NCBI GenBank assembly: GCA_013239625.1
Contig: MU054323.1
Coordinates: 15,442,029-15,506,028 of the forward strand
Direction: 5' to 3'
DNA: 64,000 nt
DNA from: Lama guanicoe
Lineage: Eukaryota
Positions 13,356 through 26,659 of the stretch are shown in pieces. The notes below the pieces were generated by a model that saw nothing but the letters and a program-made list of their open reading frames with translations, made no database searches and was not told the DNA's origin. The position numbers were made by a program, and so were the translations under genes. Position 1 is the first letter of the stretch, and each line of letters starts with the position of its first letter.

Positions 13356-16300
13356 TGCTAGCTAGGTCGGCAGGTAGACAGACCCTAAGTAGAGACACTA
13401 GGAGGGGATATTAGTGAGAAGTATGAGTGAATTGGCTGTCTGCTGTGGTCTAGGCGTTATGTTGGGCAGTAGGGAAGCAAAGAAGTATAAGACTCAAGTC
13501 CAGCCCTCATGGAAATCACATTTGGTCTTAGAATACCAAGATATAAATATAAGTAATTGATGATACAATGTGAACATTTTGTAAAATTGATACATGTACA
13601 AAGTCTATAAAAATAGAGGAAGAAATCAGACTTGCAGAGGAAACAGGTGAAGGGATATTTCAGAGAGCAGTTGAGTTTTGCTTGAAAATGACCAGGACTC
13701 TCTGTGAGAACAGGAACCATGTGTTTTCAACCTTTGTAACCCCAAATCCCTAACAAAGTAGCCAGAATGTAATAAGCGCTCAGTAAGTGTTGAATGGGTG
13801 GATGGTGGCAGTCTGGCTGGCCCGTGAATGTGGGAAAGAGCGTCGGAGGGGGTGGCAGCCCCGAGTGAGAGCACAGACTCAGGGAAGAGCGAGGTGTGCC
13901 CTTCGGCCGTGGGGCTGTGGGCGTGTCATTGGGAAGTGGAGCGAATGGCAGTGTGACAGACCTGCTACATCATGTCACTCTCCTCTCGCCCAGGCTGCAT
14001 CCTGGGCTAGCAGTGGTCCCTACTCCCTCCTTCCCCGCTATACCTGCGTTAAATCCTAACCCTATTTCAAGGCCTCGCTAGAAATTACATTTCCTCCAGG
14101 AAGCTTTCTCAACAGCCACCATGAGTAGTACCCTCTACTGTCTCTAAAGTCAGGGTCCTCTTGTCTCTACCACTCATTTGCCACTTAGTAACATACTGCC
14201 TTGGATCACCTCTTTAATTATTATTCTGTGTTGTTACTTAACTTTTCCTGTATTGTTCTCTGCTTTTTGGAGTGGAAAGAACCTTGGGAATCCTCTGCTC
14301 ACCTTCCCATTGATAGGAGAGGAATCAGAAGCTCACAGAGATGAAGATGAAAAAAATTGTACAAGATCACATAAGCCGCTGGTGACAGGCCCAGGACCGG
14401 GTCTGTGACCGGAGCTTGCACTGTGCTTGCTGGTCCTCCATTCTTTCTCCCAAGCTCCATGGTGAGTTTGTGGAGATGAGGAACCATGTATCACACTTAC
14501 TGTGGGTCACCCAGTTGCCCCAGAAACATTTGTAAGTGAAAGAATGAACACTACTTTTGCTCTCTGGCTAATGTAAAGATGGTGCGGGGTATGGTTCTCA
14601 ACTTTAAAAAATGGCATCTCGAGGATTAAAGATATAGAGAATAAGACCTCAACTGTGAAATATGTTCATTCAGAATTAGTTTCAGAAGAGCAGCTGCTGG
14701 GCAGAGTTCTCCTGTTAATTTCAGCAGGAATACTATTTAAAATGTGACTAGTTGATGCATTACTTAAAACTCACTTGAATGACTCAATTAGCTTTATGTA
14801 TTTCTGACAGTTTAAACTGAGATTGCTTATTTTTGTAGTTGTGATTGTAAGTTCATCTAAGTTATTTTCCAATATAAAAAAGGCATTTTATTAATTTAAT
14901 AATATTTGTTTCCTATTGACATAATTAAGGATGAAAGTTAGACCTCACGGTGCCCTTGGAATTGCTAAGTGAGAAATTCTTCTGACTCAGAAAGAGGCTT
15001 ACTGGTGGCAAATGCTTTTTATCTCCAATATTCTCATTAGAGGCTCAGATGAGGAGGATCCTTCTGAATGCATTCTCAAGTGGGCATCGGGGAGGGGAGA
15101 GCTAGGTACAGGGTTATTGCTAAATAGGGACAACCATGACTTATGCAAGATTCATTACACAGAAATCAACACAGCAGACCCTTGCGATTCATTGATTTAA
15201 CATTCACGAATTCAATTATTCATGAAACAATGACCCAGAAGATCCGTGACATGTAGTAATTTGTAATTTGAATCGGGTGTGCTTGAAATACCTATACAGA
15301 AGCAGATCACCTCGCTGGTGACAAGCCAGCTGCCCAGTTGTTTTTAGCTCATTATCCCATATGTGGAAAGTCATGTGCTGGTCAAAATTTTCTTTATGAA
15401 ACAAAGCCAGCTGCTAGGGCTGGTGATAAAGAGCAAAGAGGAGTAAAGAGGTCCTAGAAGTAACAGTACTTTCCCAGAAAACAGAAATCTGGGACAAATT
15501 AGAAAGAGGGCATACTGCATTTGGCAGTAGATTGAATTTCTGAAATGCACGGTTCAAAAACAAGAAATAGCAATTTCTAGAAATATCTGAGTGAGTATAC
15601 CAGCCAGTGTGTAAAATTGTACTTTCTGGGGCACCTGTAATCTATGGCATCATACACCAATTAGAGTGTTTGCAGAGACCTTGGGAATTCTCTTCTGGAA
15701 ATCCTGAGTCTGTCCATCTTTTTCTTAATAGGAGGCCCAGGAATGATATGGTGACTGAATAGCCTCTTTAAATTACACTATTAATCTTGCAGGTCATTTG
15801 AGGCGTCTTAAAGCTCCTGTTGTTGAAAGTTTTATGATCAGGTAAAATTTCTAGCATATATTAGTAGCCACTTTTATCAAACACTGGCTTTTTTTTTTTT
15901 GTAAGAATATCTGGCTGATCAGATTCTGTGAGCCTTCTAAGAGGAAATCATGTTGAATAGGGAAGGCAATGAAAAATGTATCTCCAAGTAGAACTAGAAA
16001 TTGGGGCTGTAGTCTTCTGAGACTGGGCATTGTCAGGGAGAAAAAGTGGCATCTTATTCCATTGTTAAAAAAAATACTTACAATACAAATTCGCCTACAG
16101 CAAGCCCACAGGCTCCCAGTATCACTAAAGTAAACTTGTGAGATTACCTCTCCCCCGTGTTCATTCATATCTAGCCTCCTGGGAGACTGCCTTTCCCCCT
16201 TCCAAAGCAAGTTTTTAATCTCTCAGTTATAACATGGACAAAGGGTAGTATTGACATAAACCCTGAATTTTAAAAAGTGGCTTTCTGCGGAATAAGGATA

Positions 16301-17959
16301 GATGTGACTTCTAAACAGGAAACTAGTAAGAAGAAGAGAAAATGGGGAAGAATAGAGAAGCTGGCTCTCTCCTCATTGCTGGACGAGGGACCCACAGAGC
16401 TCTGAGACTGGGCAGGCAGAAGCGTACACTCAGTATCAGGACCAAGTCTGAATATTGTGGGTTACACGTATCAGCAGGATTTCAGTCATCAGCAGGTGCA
16501 GATGTCCAAAGAAGTCTGGTCAGCCACAAAACCCAGGAGCAGAACAAGAGCAGAGAAGCACTGTTGGAAATGTGAGGAGGCCAGGGCATCCTGGAGGGGC
16601 TTTACAGACAGGAAAACGTCCAGAGGTGGAGGCTACAGCAAGCCAAGGTCCTGGAAGCAGATCTCCAGCTTCCACATGAGGCTTTCTATCATCTTTAATG
16701 CTGAGAGACCCTGTCTTGTGTTACCAGCTACCCTGGTCTTAAGAGTTTACACTTTTTTCTGGCCGGGCTTCATCTTCTGAATGGGCTGGGGAAAACTGCC
16801 AATGGTCTAAGTTTCCTGGGGATTAGATTATTAAAGAGAAGTCCCTCGGGTGTTCCTCATCAGAGCTGTCTCCCTCGAGGTCCCAGTCCCAAGGCTTTTG
16901 GTGTGCGTACAGATTGCCCTTGCAGCCCATCTTGGCAGGCTTGCATCCCTCCCATTCCCGGCATACTTGTTCTCCGTATTTCAGAGGGTGAGGCTCTGTC
17001 TGTGTGGGTGTGTAGCCTATCAGCACCTGGGTGGTGGACAGCACCCCAACCACCCTATGACTGGAGGTTGCTCTTCTGACCTTTTTTAGCCACTCTTCTT
17101 ATAAAGGGTTACTTTTGGTTTGGTTTCATTTGGTTTGTGTATTTTGCTGATTTCATGATAAAGGAGTTTTGTGATCAAATTTTTAAGCTAGAATGTAAGC
17201 AGTTTTATTATGGAAGAGATGGATATCAGACTGCAGACTGCAGGATGAGAAAGTTGGGATGATGGCTTTGTGTCTTGGTGCAACTGGTGTGGGATTCCCC
17301 AGGGCTCCTGGCTTCTGGCCCTACCAGGTCGAGGGAACTGGGCAAGTCATTTGGCTTCTCTTAGGCCACTGTTTTCTCTATTTATATCTAAGAATTTCTG
17401 GTGAAGAAAACTTCTCCTTTGGCACGTAAGTCCTGTGGATAGAAACGTTCCCACGTTTTTTATGCAAAAACAAGCATATGAATCCCTCTACTGTCTTGCA
17501 ATTAAACCTTCAAGTCTCCAGTCCATCTATTTTTCATATCTTAGTTGTAGGAGATAGATTTATTGAAAATTCTGAGTCATGGAACGTTTCAAAAGTAGCT
17601 CAGGCTTTCTGCTTTAAGTTTTATATGTGAGGAAAAATCTAGGCTTGCTGATAGCTAAAGGTTTTCTATTTATATCCTTGCTTTTGTTAAAATATACAGC
17701 TTACCACAGTGTCTCTTACCATGGTATTTGATTATTAAATATTTGTGAAGTTGCTGAATGAGTAAGAATCTTCCCAGCACTTTTAACACCTCGTTGTGGA
17801 TCTTTGGCAAGAAGCACCTGAATTGCTTATTTGAGTGTTTCTCTAGTGATTCTTCAGAATGCTTTTTTTACTTTCATTCTTCAAAACTGAAGATACTTCC
17901 CTTGTGTATACAGTTTAGTTTCATAGGAAACTTATGGTAGAGGCTTCTTGATGTCCTCA

Positions 17960-18285
17960 TGGCCATGTGTCCATTCCCCTGTTCTTCCATAGATACACAA
18001 TTTTAAATAGGGATAGGACCCCCCAGGGTAAAGACTACATTTCCCAGACTCCCTTGCAGGTAGATGTGGCAGTGTGATTAAGTCCTGGCCTTCTGAATGG
18101 AGCAGAAACAATAGAGCAGCTTCTCACACTGTGCCCTTTAGAATTGTTCCCTTCCTTCCACTTTTCTCCCTTCCCACTGGTTGGAAGACTCTGTAGACAA
18201 CGGCTAACACAGCAGTCATTGAAAAGCCAAAAAATAAAAAGAACTTAGGTCCCAAGCAGCTTTGTGGAACTCAGTCCCCACAGTA
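17960..18285. mobile_element. MaLR LTR fragment (MLT1-type)
   Basis: AAAGACTACATTTCCCAGACTCCCTTGCAGGTAGATGTGGCAGTGTGATTAAGTCCTGGCC is a motif typical of old MLT1 LTRs (recall). Confidence 0.7.
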
Positions 18286-18850
18286 CACGTTAAGTTAAAT
18301 TTCACGGCACTCTTATTCCACATTGCCACAAATTACCAATTATTGGAGTGTGAGTCTATGAGAGTTGTTTCATCATAAACTGCTGTGTCCCCTTTAACTC
18401 ACTCTGCTTAGACTTGCTTATGGAATCACTCCGTCCTTTATTGTATTGGAAAATACTTGGAAATAAGTGTCCCTGAAATATGGGAGCAGCCACAGCAGTG
18501 CACACGGTGTTCACTTTGCCACCAGCCCTGAGCTCTCCTTGCCATCCAGCATTGTGCCTACTCTTTCCATGAGCTGCTCTCTGAATTTTGCCTCAGGTCT
18601 GAGATGGTAGCTCCTTGCAGGTTGCCATTGAATGTGGGAGAGGATGCGATCGGCTGGGACCTCTGTTGTTCAGATCCATCAGGTTTATCAAGCGCGTCAC
18701 TATCTTTGCACTACCTAGAGCCATCTCCACCAAGCATCTGTATAGAGAGAGATGGAGACAATGGTAGAGGAAACAGCTTTGACTTGGGGCAGAAGAGAGC
18801 ATGGCTGAGCTTACAAGAGGCTAGAATTTCCAAACAGATAAAGTGTAAAG

Positions 18851-19025
18851 CAGTGGTTCTCAAAGCATGGTACCCGGGTAGCAGCATCAGTAACCATGAA
18901 TTTGTTAGAAGTGCACGTCCTCAGGCCCCAACCCAGCTGAACTAAATCAGCAGCTCTGGAGGTGAGGCTGGATCATCATCTATGCTTTAAGAAGTCCTCT
19001 AGCATGCTCAAGTGAGAATCGGAGC
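18851..19025 (+). mobile_element. MER5A-like hAT-Charlie non-autonomous DNA transposon
   Basis: Starts CAGTGGTTCTCAAAGCATGG...AGCAGCATCAG...TTTGTTAGAAGTGCA...CTCAGGCCCCA. Confidence 0.8.
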
Positions 19026-20699
19026 TCCAAAGAGGGTTCAAAAGCTGAGAGTGACTGTTACAGTGGCTGTATTCCGATGAGAGTACCAGGTACAGGAAAA
19101 CTGTGGCTGGAGGAAAACGACCAGGTGGACAGTGAGGTAAGGAGTAAACAGAAGCTGGGATTCACATGCTCCTGAGAGGTGTCTAAATATTGCACCTCCT
19201 GAATTTGGTACCAGGAGCCCATCTGGCCTCCTGTTTCTGGTTCAGGCATAGCATCAGCCAGATGTGCGTCACCCCATGTGCAAACTGTGCTGCTTAAATC
19301 GCCCATAATTTTGAGGTGGAAAAAGGTGCTATAAACCCACGCAGACTGCACTGAATAGAGAGGGCTCTTCAGCCACTTACCTCTCAGCCCAGCAGGCTGA
19401 GTCCCACCTCGCCCTGGAAGAGGGTGTTGAGCCAGGAGCCAAGACCTTTAATGGCTATGGAGAAAAAAATTAGAATCTCCATGTAAGGGCTACTAAGAGT
19501 ATAAGTGCCTATTTAATAAATTATTTTTTTGAAATGCCTTTTCCATTTTCGTAGCTGAAGTTTGAAAAATGTTTGGAGTACTATAATTATCATTTCTGGG
19601 AAAAAAATACACATTGCAGTATTTTTGTTTTTGCTGCGGGTCAAGTTGTAGTTCAGGATGGAAAGTAAACACGTCCCTTTGCTCAGCTGCAGCTCACATA
19701 TTTGTAGTCTCCGGGTGCCCGCTTGGCGGTCGCCGTGGACGAGGGTTTATGCCGTGGGTACACAGAGAAGACAAAGACGGCATAGAAACGTGGGGCCCTC
19801 TCGGGGGCTCGGCCCAGTGCATGTCTGATTAGAAGGCTGGTGCTGGAGCAGAAAGGTGGAGAAGCCCTCAGAGATGGAGCTCTGGGAAGGGAGTGAGGCT
19901 GTTCTGAGAGGTGCTGACCTCCAGAGGTGGAGGGGCACTTTCTCCCCGGGGAGGGCCTGAACCCCCTCTAGGGTAAATGTCAGGGGCCTTTGTTGGTTTG
20001 GGGCAACGCTCTTTACCATTATACCATTTGCCACTTGTCAGCCTGCTACCTTTGTAAGCAGGGCCTGTCAGCACATCCTGAATGTGGAAATAGCTGGGGA
20101 AGCCTCTCCAGGGAAAACGACCTGAGTAAGGCAGCTTCTTTCCTTCTCTCCAGACACAGCAAAGACCTCAAAAAATACCCCCCTTTAAAAAAAAAAAAAA
20201 AAAAAGAAGAAGAAGAAGGAATTAATAAAGTAATGGAGGCTGACAGAGAAACAGCAGTTGAGCACCACTTTTAGCGTGCTAGGATGTGTGTGTGTGGAGG
20301 GATACATATATCATTTTGGTGTGTGTGTCATAATCAACTTTACTGTTGTGAATAATAGCAAATATTTAATGATTACATCTGTGTTCATCAAGCCCAGCAT
20401 CATGTTGGGCATTAGATTCAAAACAAACGGAGAAGAAGGAGTTAGTGGACGTGTAGGCCTGTGAGTGTCTGTGTGTGTGTGAATGTGTAAACACATGCAT
20501 ACACACATACACGTTCAAATATATGAAATACTCTTATATTTATATGATACAGTATTTTAAATATAAAAGAATCTGTACATTCTTTTAGTCTCCAAATTCC
20601 TTGTAGAATAATTATTTTTATGCCCTGTTTAACACGTGGGTATACTGAGTATCCTGAGGTCCGACTCAAAACCTAGACTTTTCCCTAATAATTAATGAT

Positions 20700-20900
20700 T
20701 GTGAGGGTAAGAACTACTGTCTGCTGGGCACTTAGCTGTGCCAGGCATGGGTCTGCTTGCAATATTTATTATCTCGCTTGACAACGTACAACAACCCTGC
20801 AGAAACTGACGCAGAGGGGTCAAAAAGCTTGCCTAAGATCACACAGCTAGTTGTAGCAGAGCCATGGTTTGAGCATGGTTCTTTCTGCCTTTCAAACCTT
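20700..20900 (-). mobile_element. MIR SINE
   Basis: GCACTTAGCTGTGCCAGGCA...ACAACCCTG...CTTGCCTAAGATCACACAGCTAGTTGTAGCAGAGCCATGGTTTGAGC. Confidence 0.75.
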
Positions 20901-22671
20901 CGTGGTAAACCAGTAGCTATACTAACTCCCATATCAGAAAGATGAAAGGTGACCTCTGTTACATGACAAGTAAGTAGTACAAACAAATACTTTATCTTCA
21001 GTAAAACAGAAATTTAAAAGAAGAGAGGAAGAAAAAAATAAATGGCCAAAGTATTTTTTCAAAAACCTATTTCTGTCTCCTTAGAGACAGAATGTGTCTA
21101 AGGAGACACATTTTTCCCCCCCTAGAATGTGCAACCCCCATGAGAACCACCAGTTGAGCAGTAAAAGCACCTGCTGGTCTTCATTTGCAGCTGCTGTCAT
21201 CAGTGAAGGCAGAACAGCAGCCAGGTTGTTCAGTGCTCTACCTGTCCTTGATTCATCTTCTCTTTGTTCTTGATATGTCATTTTAATCATGTACATGTAG
21301 TCACTTTGAGGAACCTCTGAAGATGTCATATCAGCACATAATATTCTTCGGAGTCCTTCTGAGGACTTTGGAGATTCATATACCACCTTTGGGACTCAGA
21401 AAGTTACTGACAGCACCCTTGGTATATTGTTCTTTGTTTTTTAAAATCACATAAGCTCACATTTTCCACTCTATTGCTAAAACCCTACAGTGTTAACAAA
21501 TACTGGAGCTCTAAAAGAGAAAGACTGCTCCTCCTTCAATCCAGCAGTCATCTGTTGGTCTTCCTTAAAGGAGCAGAGGCCAGGAGTCCCTGGAAACTGC
21601 TTGCATAGGAAGGGCTCACGGGACTTCCGGCTGGAGTGTATTCATAGAAGACACCCACGAGGGTCAGCCCCTCGTTACACAGATGAGGACCACCAGACCC
21701 TTCATTTCACCTCTCGAGCATCTGACATTTGTGTATATTTTCTCAATATTGTGATTACACAAGGGAAGAACCAAGTAGCAGCACCCCTTCCTTTATGGAG
21801 GAAAACTTGAAATATGGAAAGCAACCCACCCAAAGTCACAGAATCACTCAGCAAAATAGAGGCTTTGTTTGTGTTCTGTAATGGATTTTGCCTTCCGTTT
21901 AAACACCGCCCTGGGGAGTTCTTCATTTCTAATGTTTATGCCTCTGTGACATTTTCAAGCTGTTATGAAGATTCCTCTTAAGATGTTGCTGAACTGACTA
22001 TACAGATTTGGTTCATTTAAGTTTTCCTCATTAGTCATTTGTCCCATTCTCTAGTAATTTTCATTCCCTTTTTGTGGGCTTATGTTTATGGCAAAAAGGG
22101 GATGCAAAGTATTCAGAGAAGCCTATTAGGTAAAATTAATCTTTTTGAAACCAGTCTTCAATTTCTTTGTACATTCTTCCAAACTATCCTTAGGCCTTAC
22201 TTTGTTGCCAGATTTTTAAAAATAAATTCATTGTTACATTTTAAATTTGTTACCATCTATGAATATATAAATGTAATTATTCGAATGGCGAAACCTTCTG
22301 GGAGTAAATTGAATACATGTTCCTGGTATGAATTAACAGATGATGAAATAAAATGTCTCTGGACTCAAAGTTGTAATCAACTTTAGTAAGCTAGGATTTA
22401 AAATTCTAGGATGCATGCAGGCCACGTTTAGGACCTGTCTCTCCCACTCCCTGCTCCCTCCACCCCACCGCCTGCCACCAGAGGAGATCCTGAAGACCCC
22501 TCTCAGCTTTGTTCACTCCTCCCAGAAAGCTCTGACCTCCTTCAGGAAGATTCCAGAGAACGTGTTGATTCAGATTTCCTAAGACTGAAAGCAGCTTTGA
22601 GTCCCCTGGGAGGAGGATAGGGGATGGTGGCAGAGGATAGGTGCTGTGGAGGGGAAGGGGAGTGCCGAGGA

Positions 22672-22817
22672 CAGCGGCTCAGTCCTGACCGCACCTTGGA
22701 GTCACCTTGAGGGCTTTAAAAATTACTGATACTGGGGTCCCACTTCTAGTAATTCTGATTTAATTGATCTGAGCTTTTAACATTCCATAGGGGATTCTAA
22801 TATGCTGAGAATCATTA
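22672..22817. mobile_element. MER5B-like DNA transposon
   Basis: GAGTCACCTTGAGGGCTTTAAAAATTACTGATACTGGGGTCCCAC...ATTCTGATTTAATTG...GATTCTAATATGC. Confidence 0.7.
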
Positions 22818-22823
22818 TTCAGC

Positions 22824-23022
22824 ACTATGGTTCTCAAACAATAGTCTGCAGGAGAATTACCTAGAGGGTTTCTTCCAGCACAAATTTCTGAGCCCCATCC
22901 CTAGAATTTCTGATTCTGCAGATCTGATGTGGGGCCTTGGAGCTGCATCTCTCATCTCTAGCAAGTTCCCGGGAAATGCTGCTGTGCTGGTTCATGGACC
23001 ACTGTTGAAAACCACCACTCTG
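22824..23022 (-). mobile_element. MER5A-like DNA transposon
   Basis: TGGTTCTCAAAC...GAGCCCCATCCCTAGAATTTCTGATTC...GCTGGTTCATGGACCACTGTTGAAAACCAC with degenerate terminal inverted repeats. Confidence 0.75.
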
Positions 23023-23023
23023 G

Positions 23024-23162
23024 AGCAGTTTGTCTCATCTGGGAATCTTGCTAAAAATGCAGATTCTGATTCAGTAAGCCTGGCACGGGGGTCTGTGTCT
23101 CTGCAGCTCTAATAAGCTCCCAGCTGCTGCTGGTCCGGAGGCCACACTTTGTGTAGCAAAAC
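23024..23162 (-). mobile_element. MER5A1-like DNA transposon
   Basis: CTGGGAATCTTGCTAAAAATGCAGATTCTGATTCAGTAAG...GCTGCTGGTCCGGAGGCCACACTTTGTGTAGCAA. Confidence 0.7.
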
Positions 23163-23426
23163 TCTAATCAAAAGCATCATTTTCAACCCAGTTCAGTAGC
23201 ATCCTGCCTAGAAAAGATGTGTAGTCTGGGAGATTCCTAGAGCTACAGTGGACTCAGCATACAGCTCAGATCACTTGGTGGCAGGCAGAGATCTGGAGGG
23301 CCCAATGCTGCTTTGGCTTTTGGCCAGCTGCCATTTGCCGGGATGTTTGAACGTGCCCTTGGAGAAGCTCTATTGTCAATAGGGAACTTCATTGTAAAGA
23401 TTCCCATTTTGCTTAGAGGAGTAACA

Positions 23427-23606
23427 TAGTGGTTCTCAGCCCTAATCCACGATAGAATCACCCAGGAAGCTATTGAAACAAATATTAATTCCCAGGCTCC
23501 TCCCCCAGAAATTCTGATATAATTGACTTGAGGTGGGATTCAGACAGTGGCATTCTTAAAAGCTTTGTAAATGATTCTAATGCACAGCCAGGGTTGAGAA
23601 CCACTG
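23427..23606. mobile_element. MER5B-like DNA transposon, full length
   Basis: Terminal inverted repeats TAGTGGTTCTCAGCCCT (23427-23443) and AGGGTTGAGAACCACTG (23590-23606), 15/17 complementary, about 180 bp in total. Confidence 0.85.
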
Positions 23607-24329
23607 AGTTCCAGATTCACATGTTGTGTTGGACTTACGTATCTTTTATTTTTCTTTATATTGGGCTAATTTATATTCCACTCTGGTGCAAACTAACTTT
23701 TATTCGGTATTTGAAAACATTTTCATGTGGCATTTTTCACAAACCGCCAAGAAAAGACTCTACGTAGATCCCACCACTGTTAAATCCTAAATACAGAGTA
23801 AAAGAAGTGCTGGGAAAGTACAGCTGGTGTTTCTGAACGAGCTGGAATATGAAATATTTCTGGGACTGTATCAACAAGCCTAATTTTTTCCCCTCAGGGT
23901 TATGATTGTACGGAACAAGTCTTCACCGCGAAGCTTGCCAAAAAAGGTTATGATAAAATCATGGAATGTGAATGAAAAGAATTCACAGTGTAACTTTAAA
24001 GGAGTCAGTCTCTAAATTTAAAAATGAAGGGGTGACATGTGTCTTACATTTGTAATAGAAGTTTTTGGAGCAAAATAATGCCAGGTATAAGAAAGCTGCT
24101 TCTTTGTGTCTGTGAGGCCAAGGAGCAAAGGAAATGGGGAGGGTGGCTAAGCAGAAAGCCATGAGGACACACCCGAAGACCCTGAACCTCTTTATCTTGG
24201 CAAATTACTTTTGCACTCTATATTTGAGCAAGAATGTAGCCATTTGACTAAACAATCAAATACCAGGAGAACTGGTTAGGAAAGTTGCAGTTCCTTTTGC
24301 TCTCGGCAATTGTGACTAGGGGGAAGAGT

Positions 24330-24500
24330 GTGCTTTGGAGGCTCTGCCACTTACTTTGTGACCATGGCCAAGTTTCTTAGCCTCTCTGTGCCTCCTCTGC
24401 CAAGGAGAGGTGAAGATGTCCTCTCTTTCACACAGGAGTGCGAAGGATGTGAGCACAAGGCAAGGCGTGGTACCTCGCACATAGAAGGTGCCCCGTGGTA
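24330..24500 (+). mobile_element. MIR SINE
   Basis: GCTCTGCCACTTACTTTGTGACCATGGCCAAGTTTCTTAGCCTCTCTGTGCCTC matches the MIR core. Confidence 0.75.
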
Positions 24501-26659
24501 GAGATTGCTTTTGTTGCTCTTGCATGATCATGAGACTTAAATCCTTAATAAGAAACACCATCCATCAGAATATATTTCTTATAAGTCTTAGTTGGTATTT
24601 TTTACCAGTGAATTCTACTTGTTGAGCTGTCTTCTTAATAGTAGAGATAAATGTTTTCTATGTGAAGAGTGGGCTTGTTCTTGCCATGGAGCCCTTGTTC
24701 TTGCAGTTCCCCGTGTCTGAAACACCTGCCCTGCAACTTGCTTGCCTTCACCCTCCTTTCATTGGGTCCTGTGCAGGTGCCACATCCTCTAGAGACATCT
24801 GTCCTCACCCACCTGGCCAGTGTGGTACGCCCAAATTGCTGATTCTGCTTCAAAGAATTTGTCACCACCTGGCTTTATGCTGTGCAGTTCTTTGTTGTGT
24901 AACTCCTCCAGAATGGTAAATCCAGGAAGGCCAGCAAGGACTCTGCTTTATTCCCTGCATTAAGCCCCGTGCCTGGAACCTCTGACGCATGGAAGTCATT
25001 CAGTAAATAATTTGCTGAATGAATGGGTGAAAGAAGGATTCACAGATTGCATCTCACCTGGTACCATGAGGAGGTGTCTCCTAGGACCACCTGGTGGCCT
25101 CTGGGCCACCCTGGGCTGATGCCACAGCCACTCCAAGACTTCATTACAAAGGAGTGAGGTTGTAACGGAAGCAGATTACCAGAGTGAGGTGTGAAGAAAC
25201 TGTGATCCCAGACTCTTCCCTTCTTTACTCTGTTCTACCTACTGAATTTTGTGATACCAGGTCTAATCCAGATTTTGGGTTTCCTTGAAATATCTCCGTA
25301 GTTGGAACTCCCAAGGATTGTCTCAGAATGCTCATGGGTTACCTCCATGCATGTGTGTTGTATGTGTGAGATTCGGGATAGATTTTAGGCAAGCAGAGTG
25401 CCCAGCAGTGTTGACTTTGCCGTTGCCTGTCTAAATGTTACCTGTCCATTTTATCCTGCCTGTCTTCCGTTAATAAGTGTGCAGCGTATCTGCTGTTATT
25501 GTTAGGAGACCATTTTAAGAGATTTTGAAAGAGGAGGAAGGCTGCAGTGTCAGATGTGTGGGACTATACAAAAATTAAATAGATTGGAATGAGAATCTGG
25601 CAATATAATTTTTCTCTTTTTTCTTTTCCCATTTAGTGGTTTTTCATATGGCTTTGGTTTTACCTAAATCTTTGTTTAAGCAGAAAACTCTTGAATGCAT
25701 TTGCTACTTGTAGATCATGATTATACTTTTCCTGTTGACATAAGGACCTGGTAAAAGTCTACAGCTGGCCAGAATGCAGGCACACAGTTTAAAGTGACTA
25801 GGATTGATACAAACTTGCCATTATTATTGTAAAGTCACTTTCATACTGGGTGACCCTGTCAAATATTTTAAGGGCTAACCTCTTAAAGGAAGATTATTAC
25901 TATGATGAAACCAGCTTATTTCCCTTAATTACTTCTGTTGCAAGTGATACTGTCATTTTGGTCTTTCTATATCTGGGGCAGTTGTGGGTTTTTTTGTTTT
26001 GTTTTTTTTTTAAGATGCCAGTTACAACGTGTTGCCAGGGCAACCAGACTGAAGAGCTTGTTAACTTACTTAAGTATTATATATAGATTTGTTAGACACC
26101 ATAGGGAAAGAATCAGGAGAGGCTTCTCTTCAAATGGATAAAATTTAAAACTCGGAGGTAGTATCAGAAAAGCCTTCTAAATGATGGAAAACACATGGTA
26201 TATTTGTAATTTTCTCCTATTTTCTCCGTGGAAGAGGGATGGAGGAGAGACATAGATGAATAAATGAAATCCACTGCAAGAATTTAGAAACAGGCTGAGA
26301 AAGAAAGTATTAGAAAAACAATTCCTGATGCCATGGTAACCGCGGTTGGGTTTAAGTGACAGGCTAGTGACTGGTTGGGGGAAGGGAAGGATGCTGGGTG
26401 AGTAGGGCTCTAGATGGTCTATTGAGAGGTGAATAGATGGTAGAAAGAAGAGAAGAATAAAGCTAAAAAAGTTAAGTATTACCAAATTTTAAAAAGATTT
26501 TGATCTTAGAAATATAAATTCTTTGAAAGCATCATTTTGCAATTTGCCAAGTCAGTGTAACAGGCTTGAATTTTATGCCTGCTAGTCTTGAAGTGAACAA
26601 CACAGCTTTGAAACATTAAAGTTAAATACTGTTAGATATATGAGATGTTACTGGTTCAA

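Noticed and set aside
20462..20512. TG-run followed by CA-run forming an apparent hairpin
   Set aside because: Low-complexity self-complementarity typical of microsatellite decay.
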